This document shows, piece after piece, positions 29,951-39,659 of a stretch of DNA of 64,000 bases. Both the position numbers and the translations under genes were made by a program. Source of the stretch: an uncultured Gammaproteobacteria bacterium (GTDB lineage Bacteria; Patescibacteriota; Microgenomatia; UBA12405); the NCBI GenBank assembly GCA_964463925.1, contig CAYXDV010000003.1:19455-83454 (forward strand). The letters run 5' to 3'. Numbering within the stretch: the stretch's first letter is position 1; each line of letters starts with the position of its first letter. Below the pieces are notes generated by a model. That model worked only from the letters and a program-made list of their open reading frames with translations, was not told where the DNA came from and made no database searches.

Positions 29951-29969
29951 AAAAATTAATGTTTATAAA

Positions 29970-30251
29970 CTATTTCTTTAAACCAAGTTCTTTGATTAAC
30001 TTGGAATATCTGTCCTTAGCGTGCTCTTGCATATAGCGAAGCAAACGGCGACGTTTGGCAATTTTGGTTAAAAGTCCGCGTTTGCCTGGCTGATCGTGTT
30101 TATTTTCTTGTAAATGTTTGGACAAACGGTCGATCTCTTCAGATAGTAGAGCTACTTGAATTTCTGGTGAACCAGTATCACCCTTGGCTTGGGCAAATTT
30201 AGCAATAATTTTTGCTTTGTCTGTTTGTGGTAAGGCCATCTTAAAAGGCAA
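29970..30251 (-). CDS. rpsO: 30S ribosomal protein S15
   Basis: 93 aa; ...GDTGSPEIQVALLSEEIDRLSKHL...RGLLTKIAKRRRLLRYM... is typical S15; conserved position upstream of pnp. Confidence 0.93.
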   Translation of the reverse strand: MPFKMALPQTDKAKIIAKFAQAKGDTGSPEIQVALLSEEIDRLSKHLQENKHDQPGKRGLLTKIAKRRRLLRYMQEHAKDRYSKLIKELGLKK

Positions 30252-30337
30252 TCATCCAGCAACAATTAAATTTGTTTTTGGCGAAACAAAAGCCGGATTA
30301 AAGCTAGAGTAGTATAACATATTGACCTAATCCCAAT

Positions 30338-30553
30338 TTATTTCCTGTAAAATGTTTCTCTGGCAAATGCTAAATTAATTGCTCTACGAGTATGTTCGAC
30401 ATATGCATCTTTTGCCAAGACTAACCTGCTGGGAACTTTTTTGTTTCCACCGTTTAACTGTTGGAGTCTAAGATAGGCCCAGGCTTCTTTATAGGTTTCC
30501 CTCTGTACAGCAGTCAGCTGTTTTTGTTTTTTAACATCTGGATGGTTCGACAT
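30338..30553 (-). CDS. Hypothetical small basic protein (71 aa)
   Basis: Complete ORF with coding-like composition between the DHH-like gene and rpsO; no recognisable motif. Confidence 0.4.
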   Translation of the reverse strand: MSNHPDVKKQKQLTAVQRETYKEAWAYLRLQQLNGGNKKVPSRLVLAKDAYVEHTRRAINLAFARETFYRK

Positions 30554-30573
30554 ATATTTTTGCTTATATAAAT

Positions 30574-30834
30574 TTATAAATTATGTTTTTTGCATTCAAT
30601 TGCAAGGGCACGGTAGGCCATTGATAGACCAAAATTTATATTAGCTTCGGCTATTAAAAATAATGATTCTATGGACATAAAAAAAGGATCTAAAGTTATG
30701 CGGCCTTTTGCATGTTGTTTTTTTGAAAGGCTCTTGGATTCTTCAACAAGCCTCAAGCTTTTATCTCTCGCAGCCATACAAATTATATCGGCACCATTAT
30801 GAGCATTGGTAAAAAAGGATTCAAGTTTGCCCAT
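30574..30834 (-). CDS. Hypothetical small protein (86 aa)
   Basis: Complete ORF co-oriented within the infB-rpsO operon; no recognisable motif. Confidence 0.4.
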   Translation of the reverse strand: MGKLESFFTNAHNGADIICMAARDKSLRLVEESKSLSKKQHAKGRITLDPFFMSIESLFLIAEANINFGLSMAYRALAIECKKHNL

Positions 30835-30851
30835 TTTGCTTAGTTAAATTT

Positions 30852-31718
30852 TTAATTAGTAGGAGTTGGATTGGGTTTGGAAGGGCTAGAAGATTCCTTG
30901 GCTTCTACTGCCTGAATCGGAGTAGTATCAGCAGGGGTTTGTTCCATGCCAAGCTGACTTGCTCGCAAACAAATTCCAGCAGCTTCAAAAGATTCTGGGC
31001 TAATATTGATAGAAAACCCTTGAGTAGCCACGCGCAGAGCTACTAACAAATTTTTACTTGGATCTATCTCTAGTTCATACCCAAGCATGGGTATTAAGAA
31101 AGAAAAGATTTCAGAAAACGGTGCTTCGGGATCGAAGATAGTATAGGCATATGTGTTTTCACTCTGTACTGGAGTAACCAAGGCTACTGGCGAAGCCTGG
31201 AGAACAATAGATTTTTCACCTAAAGCAGTAGGATCACCCAATAAGATGGTTAAATCGAAACTGGGACCATTTTGATTTTGAATGCTAATTTTTTCTGTCT
31301 CAACTTTGGGAGATCCAGATTTAGTTTGAACAACTAGATTTAGTTTTCCACCATCATCGTTGTAGCTAACCTTTTCGATTTGATCTAATGGGAAGTCAAC
31401 ACTGATAGTTAGATCTTTGGCAATAGTACTGGTGTCGGTTAGGAGATCCATGCCCGCTAATTTACTGTAATTGGCATCTGGTGTTTGTGGACAATAAACG
31501 GCAACTTGCTTGTTGGCTTTCTTCAAAGTCATGCCAAGAGCAAGGGCAGAAGCAATACCATCAACTGACAGATTTGGCACAACAATTTGTATGTTTTGTG
31601 CCTGTTGTAGGGCTATTTTTAGATCAGAAACGTTATAGTTTTTCATAGTTGACTCCTGCTTTTTAGCAACTATTGGGGTTGGATTAATTAAATTTCCCCT
31701 GGTATTGCCCATATGCAA
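30852..31718 (-). CDS. DHH-family-like (NrnA-position) protein with degenerate catalytic motifs
   Basis: IQIVVPNLSVDGIASALALGMTLKKANKQVAVYCP resembles the DHH motif-I region (H.nPDGDalGS.lal) but lacks the His/Asp residues. Sits where rbfA/nrnA-like genes follow infB. Confidence 0.4.
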   Translation of the reverse strand: MHMGNTRGNLINPTPIVAKKQESTMKNYNVSDLKIALQQAQNIQIVVPNLSVDGIASALALGMTLKKANKQVAVYCPQTPDANYSKLAGMDLLTDTSTIAKDLTISVDFPLDQIEKVSYNDDGGKLNLVVQTKSGSPKVETEKISIQNQNGPSFDLTILLGDPTALGEKSIVLQASPVALVTPVQSENTYAYTIFDPEAPFSEIFSFLIPMLGYELEIDPSKNLLVALRVATQGFSINISPESFEAAGICLRASQLGMEQTPADTTPIQAVEAKESSSPSKPNPTPTN

Positions 31719-31767
31719 GTATATAACGGATTATAGCCTAAAACAAGCATTTTGTCAAGACTATAGG

Positions 31768-33198
31768 CTACTTTTTATAAGCCAGAAGGATGTCGTCGGT
31801 TTTGAAATCAACATAAGGCAAAAAAGTCATACCACAATCCTGGCCAGATTTGACAATTTCAACGATATTTTTTGCCTGCTGGATATTGCCGACTTTAGTA
31901 TCTTTGATGATTTTAGATTCACGTTTTAGATGAATACTGTCCCCTTTTTTTATTTCTCCTTTGGTGACTTTTACGCCAGCAATACGAACTTTGTTGATTT
32001 TGAATTCGGCAATTATTTGAGCTTCTCCAAGGATGGTTTCGTCGATAGTTGGTTCCATTAGTTTTAAGACCTTTTGTGAGATAGATTCAATTATTTCGTA
32101 AATAATTTTAGATTCGATAATATTTACCTGACTATTGTGAGCTAAAGTTTGAATAGTAGCAGCAGTTTTTAAGTTAAAGGCATAAATGGTGGCTTTGGTA
32201 GTTTGGGCTAAAAAAACATCAGTGTCAGTTATGCTGCCAACTGAACTGCTAACCACCTGCACCTCTTCTGGAAAGCTATTTTTAAGTGCTTCAAGGGTAC
32301 CTTGGGTGTCAGCCTTTAGAATTACAGGTAATTTTATGTCGGTGCCATCCGTAACTTTTGGCGATTGAGTGGTAGTTTTTTCCTCTTCTGCTACTGGAGA
32401 TAATGTAAGTAGAGAACCAACCGAAGGTACTGTGGTAAAGCCTAAAATTTCTACTGGAGTACTAGCATTGGCTTTTTCTAGTGGCATGCCTTTGAAGTTT
32501 AGTAAGTTCCTAATTTTTCCAGAAGCAGATTGGGCATATACAAAATCACCTTTGTGCAGAACCCCTTTTTGCATGATGACTGTAGCTACCGGGCCACGTC
32601 TAGTGTCCATACTGGATTCAACAACAAGACCAAGGACTGGTTCTGAATCTTGATTGGCAAGTTCCATAACATCAGCATGGATTAATATGGTTTCAAGTAA
32701 TTTGTCGATACCTTCTTTGGTTTTAGAAGACAGGGCAACTACTGGTATTTGGCCTCCATATTCTTCTGGAGTCAATCCAGATTCCACTAATTGACCTTTG
32801 ATTTTGTCTAAAAATATATTTGGCAAATCTATCTTAGTAATGGCAACAATAGGGGTTAAATTGTTCTCTTGAATAATCCTAATACACTCTTTGGTTTGGG
32901 GCATAATACCTTCTCCGGCACTAATAACAAGAATAACTAGATCAGTAATACTGGCGCCCCGTTTTCGCATGGCTGTAAAGGCTGCATGACCTGGAGTATC
33001 GATAAAGGTAATTAGCTTTGGTCCATTTTTGGTAGCAATTTCAACCTGATAGGCACCCAAATGTTGAGTAATTGCACCTGCTTCTTTGGCTGCTATGTTG
33101 GCAGTACGAATAGTGTCCAGTAGGGTAGTTTTTCCATGATCGACATGACCCATTACGGTTACAACAGGCGGCCGAAAAGATTGATTATTTTTTGTCAT
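31768..33198 (-). CDS. infB: Translation initiation factor IF-2 (short form lacking the N-terminal extension)
   Basis: G domain VVTVMGHVDHGKTTLLD...DTPGH...; 476 aa; follows nusA. Confidence 0.92.
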   Translation of the reverse strand: MTKNNQSFRPPVVTVMGHVDHGKTTLLDTIRTANIAAKEAGAITQHLGAYQVEIATKNGPKLITFIDTPGHAAFTAMRKRGASITDLVILVISAGEGIMPQTKECIRIIQENNLTPIVAITKIDLPNIFLDKIKGQLVESGLTPEEYGGQIPVVALSSKTKEGIDKLLETILIHADVMELANQDSEPVLGLVVESSMDTRRGPVATVIMQKGVLHKGDFVYAQSASGKIRNLLNFKGMPLEKANASTPVEILGFTTVPSVGSLLTLSPVAEEEKTTTQSPKVTDGTDIKLPVILKADTQGTLEALKNSFPEEVQVVSSSVGSITDTDVFLAQTTKATIYAFNLKTAATIQTLAHNSQVNIIESKIIYEIIESISQKVLKLMEPTIDETILGEAQIIAEFKINKVRIAGVKVTKGEIKKGDSIHLKRESKIIKDTKVGNIQQAKNIVEIVKSGQDCGMTFLPYVDFKTDDILLAYKK

Positions 33199-33218
33199 AG
33201 TGATTGATAGATTAAATT

Positions 33219-34217
33219 TTAGGCAGCCTGACCTACTACCTTGATCTCAAAGCCACCCACTAATTCGCCTGCAAGGCGAACGTTGCTTCCTTCAGAACCA
33301 ATGGCCAGGGCTAGTTGATCTTCTGGAACGGTAACTAGAGCAGTTTTGGCTTCTTTGTTGATTTCGGTCACCTGTACATCGCGAGCAGGAGAAAGGGCCT
33401 GAGCAATAAATTGACTTAGATTTTTAGCAAATAAAATCACGTCTATTTTTTCGTGGGAAGGTAGTTCGTTTAAAATGGCCTGAATCCTGGCACCTTTTTG
33501 GCCGATACAGGAACCGACTGGATCAATGTTTCCTTGACTGGTACTAACTGCCACCTTGGTCCTATCTCCGGCAGATCTAGAAATTTTTTCAATTTTGACT
33601 GTTTTGTTACCAACCTCAGGAACTTCCCGCAAAAATAATTGGCGAATAAACTCCGGATCCTTGCGAGATAAAAGAACTTCTTTTTTACCGTTTGGATCTT
33701 CGCTAACACCTTTGACTAAGAACATTTTGCGCGTACCTACGGCAAGGTTTTCACCTCGGATTTGCTCATCTTTGGGACAAATTCCTTCAGTTTGGTTTAG
33801 ACTGACAACTAATTTATAAGGATCACTTTTAATGACAGTGCCAGAAACCAAGGATCCTGTTTTTCGAATAAAATCGCCTAAAATAGTATCTCTTTCGGCT
33901 TCATTGATACGCTGGTTGATAACTTGCATAGCGGTTTGGGCAGCAATTCGGCCAAAACCAGGAGGAGTAACATCTGTTTTTTTATCAGGGTTAGTTGTGT
34001 CAAAAACATGAAAAGATCCAGAATCAGCGTCTAAATCAACGATAAAAGTTGAATCTTGTGAAACTTCAATGTTCTTCTCTTTTTGATCACGTTTATAGGC
34101 GGCAATTAAGCCGTCTTCGATAGAATCTAAGATTAGTTGTGCATCAATTTTCCGCTCACCAGCAATTTGGGCGATGGCCGCAGAAAATTCTGTTTTTGGT
34201 AACTTTTTTAGATCCAT
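33219..34217 (-). CDS. nusA: Transcription termination/antitermination factor NusA
   Basis: N-terminal NusA domain, S1 and two KH domains (...GSCIGQKGARIQAI...); 332 aa. Confidence 0.92.
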   Translation of the reverse strand: MDLKKLPKTEFSAAIAQIAGERKIDAQLILDSIEDGLIAAYKRDQKEKNIEVSQDSTFIVDLDADSGSFHVFDTTNPDKKTDVTPPGFGRIAAQTAMQVINQRINEAERDTILGDFIRKTGSLVSGTVIKSDPYKLVVSLNQTEGICPKDEQIRGENLAVGTRKMFLVKGVSEDPNGKKEVLLSRKDPEFIRQLFLREVPEVGNKTVKIEKISRSAGDRTKVAVSTSQGNIDPVGSCIGQKGARIQAILNELPSHEKIDVILFAKNLSQFIAQALSPARDVQVTEINKEAKTALVTVPEDQLALAIGSEGSNVRLAGELVGGFEIKVVGQAA

Positions 34218-34252
34218 AGATTGATGATTATATCAGAAAAATCTGCTATTCA

Positions 34253-34630
34253 CTATATTTTTGGATCGATTATTTGGTGTTTTTTTCTGAATTTTACAAA
34301 CAGAAGACCAAGTAAGTAGCCAAGTAAACCAAAATGGACAGAAAAATATTGGATTTTGTCGTCATTAAATTGTTGGTTTACTGAATCTAAATTCTTGCCA
34401 TTTATAGATAATTTTGGCTGGTTAAAACTGGTTGAAATGTCTAGGATTTTTCCATCAGGAAGCTGAACTTGGGTGTGAGGGGCAAAAAAACCTTTTTGGA
34501 CAGAGGGCTGCTTTTTCTCATTGATAAATACTTCGTAATATTTGCCTTTGAAAAAATGATAGGACTGATATAGATCTATTTTAGTACCGTCTGGAAGAGT
34601 AAGTTGTTGGGGAGTTTTGGAGGGAAACAT
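34253..34630 (-). CDS. Hypothetical protein with a C-terminal TM anchor (125 aa)
   Basis: Soluble N-part then LLGYLLGLLFV hydrophobic tail; occupies the position where rimP usually precedes nusA but has no RimP similarity. Confidence 0.45.
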   Translation of the reverse strand: MFPSKTPQQLTLPDGTKIDLYQSYHFFKGKYYEVFINEKKQPSVQKGFFAPHTQVQLPDGKILDISTSFNQPKLSINGKNLDSVNQQFNDDKIQYFSVHFGLLGYLLGLLFVKFRKKHQIIDPKI

Positions 34631-34638
34631 TATTTATT

Positions 34639-35559
34639 TTACTCTACATCATCACCGCTATCTTCGGCGCCTAGGCGGTCGTTGCCAAATAAAATTTCTT
34701 CTGAAAATCCAGAATTTTTCCAGTAAGTTTCAGCTCCTTCTGATGTCATTTTCCTAAAGTTAATAATTGAGCTAAAAGCACTTTGCATAGCTTCGGGCGT
34801 TATCCGGGAAACATCTTGATATGAATCTCTGTCTTTTGATGCATCAACCGGTATTCCATACTGACTGCATAATGTATGCCATATTTCTTTCAAATCACCA
34901 GTGAAATTATTCGGATGAGTATATCCTTCTGATATTTTCCAACCATATCTATTTTCTGCTTTGATTTTGACGCATCTTATTTTAGAACCAAATTCTTTCA
35001 GTAATTCTGACTCGTAATGTCGTCCAATTCTTTTCTTAGTTTTGCTCAAAAATTTTTCAGCTGAAATTGCTCCGGCAGCAAAGGCTATAATATCGGCTAT
35101 TTGGTTTTCGGCCCCACGACGACGTGTATGTTCACCAGTATCTTTGAGCTTTGGATTATCTACACTGACAGATTGAGCCCAAGCACGGAGAGCTAGGCAA
35201 CGAGGCAACTGGCGAATGCTTATCTCTGGCTGCCATTCGTCATCCATAGCAATGGCCAAAGCCGGGCCGCGATCCAAATAGGCTCCACTCTTATCTGTTC
35301 TATCTTTGGTCAAAACTCGAAGTTGGCCAGCTTTTAATCTTTGTTGATTGTCTGGTTGTTGGAGTTTTTCAAAATCAATGCCAGCTGCAGCCAGCTCAAT
35401 TCTAAGATATCCTTTGAGCTCTTCTGTCCTTTCTGTGGTTAATGTGGCCACAGCGTTAGGATCAACTAAGTCACGAAAAAAAGCATTGATAAAACCTACT
35501 CTATCATGTTCCACTCTTGCTTCTGGTTTTTCAACAAATTGTTCTAGTTTTCCTGTCAT
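34639..35559 (-). CDS. Hypothetical cytoplasmic protein (306 aa), second gene of an atypical-composition two-gene cassette
   Basis: No TM or signal peptide. Codon usage is richer in CGT/GGC/GCC/CCG codons than neighbouring genes, with local GC about 45-47%. Short segments (KSGAYLD...AIAMDDE; KKRIGRHYESE) are only faintly reminiscent of nucleotidyltransferase or HEPN-type motifs. Confidence 0.55.
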   Translation of the reverse strand: MTGKLEQFVEKPEARVEHDRVGFINAFFRDLVDPNAVATLTTERTEELKGYLRIELAAAGIDFEKLQQPDNQQRLKAGQLRVLTKDRTDKSGAYLDRGPALAIAMDDEWQPEISIRQLPRCLALRAWAQSVSVDNPKLKDTGEHTRRRGAENQIADIIAFAAGAISAEKFLSKTKKRIGRHYESELLKEFGSKIRCVKIKAENRYGWKISEGYTHPNNFTGDLKEIWHTLCSQYGIPVDASKDRDSYQDVSRITPEAMQSAFSSIINFRKMTSEGAETYWKNSGFSEEILFGNDRLGAEDSGDDVE

Positions 35560-35589
35560 ATGTTTATATAAGTTAATTTCGCGAATTTA

Positions 35590-36117
35590 TTAACCTTCCT
35601 GATCAGCTATTATTCTTGGTAAGATACTTACTCTTTCTACATCTGCTGTAAGTTGTGGATCACGACGAATGTTCTGGAATGCCCTACCCAAACGCACCGA
35701 GTTATACAAGTCTGATTCCTGCGCACTGGCAGCAAAGACAAGATTGAATCTTCTTGCATATTCGTCAGGTTTAATTTGACTAGCTGCTAATTCGGCTGTA
35801 CTAAGTAAAAGATCTAAGAGCACTGAATCGGGAGAGGCATTTGGTTTATCAGAAGGGATGATATGGGCTAGAAGCCTGTCAAAAACGTTTGTGGGGCAGA
35901 TGTCGGCTAAGACCTGCATATCGCCGGCTACACCTTGTCTCTTTGACGTATGTGGAACTTGGCTTAAGTCTATGCCCTGTTGTCGCCATAGTATTGTAAA
36001 ACCTTCTTTAAGAGCTCTGGCATTTTTAGGTCGCATTGACTTAGGAAGATTAGGATCGCAGATGGTGTTAAAAATTTGCTGTGATCCTTGTAAGGCTCGG
36101 TCATATTTATTTGTCAT
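35590..36117 (-). CDS. Hypothetical cytoplasmic protein (175 aa), first gene of the two-gene cassette
   Basis: Complete ORF, same strand, 30-nt gap to the downstream partner; no recognisable motif. Confidence 0.55.
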   Translation of the reverse strand: MTNKYDRALQGSQQIFNTICDPNLPKSMRPKNARALKEGFTILWRQQGIDLSQVPHTSKRQGVAGDMQVLADICPTNVFDRLLAHIIPSDKPNASPDSVLLDLLLSTAELAASQIKPDEYARRFNLVFAASAQESDLYNSVRLGRAFQNIRRDPQLTADVERVSILPRIIADQEG

Positions 36118-36175
36118 ATGTTTATATTATAGTTCTATTTTAGGATTTGTAAATGCCTATTTCTTTGGCTACAGT

Positions 36176-36561
36176 TTAGTCAATGTTAGTAGTAAAGTAA
36201 TTAGGTATTTGTGACGGCAAAATCCATCTAGCTTCACTAATTTCTGGATCCTGAATATTTATCTCACCACCTTGATATTGGCATTTAAAATAGCTTATCT
36301 GTACGGCAAACTGCGGATGTTGTTTACTGACTATAAGTTTTTCTACAGTGACTGTGCAGCCGCTTTCTTCAGCTACTTCTCGAATGACTGCTTCGACCAG
36401 GGGCTCTCGGTGTTTGGCACTACCGCCCGGATAGACCCAAGTTAATGTAGACCCATCACTCCCCGATTCCTGTTTACTACGTAAAACTATTAGCACTTGG
36501 CCTTGGGAATTTAGGACAACTCCTAGACAATTTGTTTTATTTCCGAATTAGTTGTGTCCAT
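36176..36561 (-). CDS. NUDIX hydrolase; the 5' end is probably frameshifted, or the gene uses a non-ATG start
   Basis: NUDIX box PGGSAKHREPLVEAVIREVAEESGCTV. The in-frame upstream peptide ...NKTNCLGVVLNSQGQVLIVLRS looks like the first NUDIX beta-strands but is cut off by an in-frame TAA. An ATG (about 36561) lies in another frame, and an A-run (ggaaataaaacaaa) sits at the junction. Confidence 0.7.
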
Positions 36562-36567
36562 TTTGAA

Positions 36568-37422
36568 TTATATATCTAGCTTTTCGAGAGCCGATTTGGT
36601 TTCACGAGAAATAGAAGTTGGGATAGTAACCAATAGACGAATATACATATCCCCTTTGCGCTTGGAGCGCACATCTGGGATACCTTCACCCCTGACTCGA
36701 ACCATAGTATTTGGTTGAGTGCCGGCTTTGACTTTTAGTTTTAGTGGCTTGCTTAGAGTAGGAACTTCGATAGTGTCACCTAAAATGGCTTGTTTTATGG
36801 TTATTTCATGGTTTATATACAAATCATTGCCATCTCGTTGGAAGATTTTGTCTGGTAAAACATCGATGTATAAAATAAAATCTTCAAAACGAATTTGTTG
36901 CCCGTCAGAGATACCTGCTGGAATTTTTATTTGTCGTTTCTTTCCATCTAAATTAACTTCTTTTTCTACACCCCTGGCGGCATCCATAAAGCTAATTTGG
37001 ATTTTGTAGCGAGGTAAGCTGCGACTAGATGAACCAGAAAAACCACCACCAAAAAATTGTTCAAAAATATCAAAAGGATTGCTAAAACCGCCAAAATCGA
37101 AATCTGCACCAAATGGATTTTCGCCGCCGCTTGACCAAGAATAAGTAAATGGCCCCTGCTGGTTGGTATAAGTATGTCCACCAAAACCACCGGAAGCCCC
37201 ATCAAAAGCTGCGTGTCCAAATTGGTCATAAGCCTGCTTTTTTTGAGAGTCGGAAAGAATTTCGTAGGCTTCGTTGATTTCTTTAAAATGTTCTTCAGCT
37301 CCCGCTTCTTTGTTGCGATCTGGGTGATATTTTAGGGCTAGTTTGCGATAGGCTGATTTGATTTCATCAGCAGATGATGTTTTGCCTATGCCTAAAATTT
37401 CGTAATAATCGCGCTTGGACAT
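36568..37422 (-). CDS. dnaJ: DnaJ-family co-chaperone (J domain + G/F region + C-terminal substrate-binding domains, no Zn-finger repeats; CbpA/type II-like)
   Basis: [34 protein letters not shown] domain, Gly/Phe-rich linker, CTD; follows dnaK. Confidence 0.85.
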   Translation of the reverse strand: MSKRDYYEILGIGKTSSADEIKSAYRKLALKYHPDRNKEAGAEEHFKEINEAYEILSDSQKKQAYDQFGHAAFDGASGGFGGHTYTNQQGPFTYSWSSGGENPFGADFDFGGFSNPFDIFEQFFGGGFSGSSSRSLPRYKIQISFMDAARGVEKEVNLDGKKRQIKIPAGISDGQQIRFEDFILYIDVLPDKIFQRDGNDLYINHEITIKQAILGDTIEVPTLSKPLKLKVKAGTQPNTMVRVRGEGIPDVRSKRKGDMYIRLLVTIPTSISRETKSALEKLDI

Positions 37423-37428
37423 AATAAA

Positions 37429-37707
37429 TTAAAGTTGTTTTTCTAGTTTTTTAATTTTTCTGAGACGAAAGAAATTGCCAACCCAACAGTACAAAGTATA
37501 AGCAGTGGCCATGATGGTTATCACCATATTTATATCGAAACTTGGAATATGTGTCTGCGGATTTCTAATTAACCAAATGCTACTAAAGTATCCCCAAATA
37601 GTTAATAGACCTATCGCGAAAGGAAATACGGCTATAGAATTTAGAAAATGAATAATTACATCTAGCCTGAGCTGTTGGATTTGAAATTCAAGATTTTTGT
37701 TTTTCAT
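37429..37707 (-). CDS. Small two-TM membrane protein, hypothetical
   Basis: 92 aa with two hydrophobic segments; lies between dnaK and dnaJ. Confidence 0.4.
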   Translation of the reverse strand: MKNKNLEFQIQQLRLDVIIHFLNSIAVFPFAIGLLTIWGYFSSIWLIRNPQTHIPSFDINMVITIMATAYTLYCWVGNFFRLRKIKKLEKQL

Positions 37708-37718
37708 AATTTATTTTA

Positions 37719-37742
37719 AGAGACGCGCGGGTGCGCGTCTCT
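37719..37742. terminator. Perfect GC-rich hairpin AGAGACGCGC-GGGT-GCGCGTCTCT between dnaK and the downstream small ORF; candidate partial terminator or mRNA-stability stem-loop
   Basis: 10-bp perfect stem with a 4-nt loop seen directly. There is no strong U-tract on the minus-strand side, so termination efficiency is uncertain. Confidence 0.4.
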
Positions 37743-37749
37743 GGATTTG

Positions 37750-39645
37750 TTAGTTAACAACCTCCCCTTCCTGAACGTCATTTTTGTCGGATTTGTTTTC
37801 TTCGGACCTCGGAGTTTCGCCTTCTGGCTTTTTACCTGCTTCAGACTGTTGGTACATAGCTGAACCAATAGTTTGCAAGATCTGGCTTAGATCATTAGAA
37901 GCCTTGTCATAGTCCTCTTTTTTCAAATCAGTTTTGGCGTGTACTTCTTTGGCTTTTTTAATTTCCTCTTCTAGCTTAGCCTTGTCCTCGGCTTTAGCCT
38001 TGTCGCCATAATCTTTGAGGGTCTTTTCGCCACTAAAGATGGTTGCGTCAAGCTGATTTCTGGACTCAACTATTAGCCTTTTGGCTTCATCTTCTTTGGC
38101 ATGCAAGTCGGCTTCAGCTTTCATTTTTTCTACCTCCTCTTTACTTAGGTTAGTGGCGTTTTGGATAGTAATTTTTTGCTCTTTGTTGGTAGCTTTGTCT
38201 TTGGCTGAGACTGAAAGTATGCCGTTGCTATCGATATCAAAAGTAACTTCAATTTGGGGCATACCACGAGGTGCTGGAGGTATACCATCAAGAACAAAAC
38301 GACCAAGTGATTTGTTGTCTGCAGCCATTGGCCGCTCACCCTGAAGTACATTGATTTCTACCTGGGTTTGGTTGTCACTATAAGTGGAAAATACTTGTGA
38401 CTTTTTGGTTGGCACAGTGGTGTTTTTTTCAATCAGAGGGGTCCTGACTCCACCTGCTGTTTCAATGCCTAATGTTAGCGGAGTTACATCCAGAAGGACA
38501 ACATCCTTAACATCACCAGCCAAGACACCACCTTGAACAGCAGCACCAATAGCTACTACTTCGTCGGGGTTAACGGTGCTATTTAGATCTTTGCCAAAAA
38601 AGTTCTTAACAGTTTGCTGAACTAAAGGCATACGTGTCATGCCCCCGACCATAACAATATCGGTAATCTCTGATTTACTGACTTTGGCATCTTTTAAACA
38701 CTGTTCGACTGGTTTTAACGATTTTTGAACCAGGTCGTCAACTAGCTTCTCGAGTTGAGTTCTGGTAAATTTGACGGTTAAGTGTAGGGCTTGTCCGTCT
38801 TTTTGAGTAATAAATGGTAGATTGATTTCGGTTTCTACTGAATTACTGAGTTCAATTTTGGCTTTTTCTGCAGCCTCGCGAACGCGCTGTAGAGCTTGTG
38901 GATCTTTGGACAAATCAACTCCATTCTGTTTTTCGAAATCGGTTAACAACCATTCAGCAATACGGTGATCAAAATCATCCCCTCCCAAAAAGGTATCTCC
39001 GTTTGTGGCTTTGACTTCAAAAACTCCGTCGCCAATTTCTAGAATAGAAATATCAAAAGTGCCACCTCCCAAGTCGTAAACAGCAATGGTTCCTTTTTTC
39101 TTTTTATCCAAACCATAGGCTAGGGCAGCAGCGGTTGGCTCATTAACAATTCTTAATACATTCAGGCCAGAAATTTCTCCTGCCTGTTTGGTAGCCTGAC
39201 GTTGACTATCGTCAAAATAAGCAGGTACAGTAATTACGGCATCAGTAATTTTGTCACCGATAAATTTTTCAGCGTCAGTTTTACATTTTTGTAAAATCTT
39301 AGCCGAAATTTCTTGGGGAGTATAAACTTTACCATCGATTTCTACACAAGCCATGTTGTCTTTGCCAGCAACTATTTTATAGGGGGCAATTTTTTTGGTT
39401 TTTTCAACTTCTGGATCATCGTAGCGTCGACCCATGAGTCGTTTGATGCTAAAAATAGTGCTTTTGGGGTCTAAAACCATTTGGCGTTTGGCCAAATCTC
39501 CGACCAATTTTTTTAGTGGGTTAACAATAGATGGAATAGTGTTGCGGCCTTCGGAAGTTACTACTACCTTAGCCTGTCCACCCTCCATAAAAGCAACACA
39601 AGAGTTGGTGGTACCTAAATCGATACCGATGATTTTGTTTGGCAT
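37750..39645 (-). CDS. dnaK: Chaperone DnaK (Hsp70)
   Basis: [21 protein letters not shown] and [14 protein letters not shown] motifs; 631 aa. Confidence 0.97.
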   Translation of the reverse strand: MPNKIIGIDLGTTNSCVAFMEGGQAKVVVTSEGRNTIPSIVNPLKKLVGDLAKRQMVLDPKSTIFSIKRLMGRRYDDPEVEKTKKIAPYKIVAGKDNMACVEIDGKVYTPQEISAKILQKCKTDAEKFIGDKITDAVITVPAYFDDSQRQATKQAGEISGLNVLRIVNEPTAAALAYGLDKKKKGTIAVYDLGGGTFDISILEIGDGVFEVKATNGDTFLGGDDFDHRIAEWLLTDFEKQNGVDLSKDPQALQRVREAAEKAKIELSNSVETEINLPFITQKDGQALHLTVKFTRTQLEKLVDDLVQKSLKPVEQCLKDAKVSKSEITDIVMVGGMTRMPLVQQTVKNFFGKDLNSTVNPDEVVAIGAAVQGGVLAGDVKDVVLLDVTPLTLGIETAGGVRTPLIEKNTTVPTKKSQVFSTYSDNQTQVEINVLQGERPMAADNKSLGRFVLDGIPPAPRGMPQIEVTFDIDSNGILSVSAKDKATNKEQKITIQNATNLSKEEVEKMKAEADLHAKEDEAKRLIVESRNQLDATIFSGEKTLKDYGDKAKAEDKAKLEEEIKKAKEVHAKTDLKKEDYDKASNDLSQILQTIGSAMYQQSEAGKKPEGETPRSEENKSDKNDVQEGEVVN

Positions 39646-39659
39646 ATATTTTTTATTAA

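Noticed and set aside
37719-37742. Calling the dnaK-proximal hairpin a canonical rho-independent terminator
   Set aside because: The stem is perfect but the 3' flank on the transcribed strand is A-rich rather than U-rich. It is reported as a hairpin of uncertain function instead.
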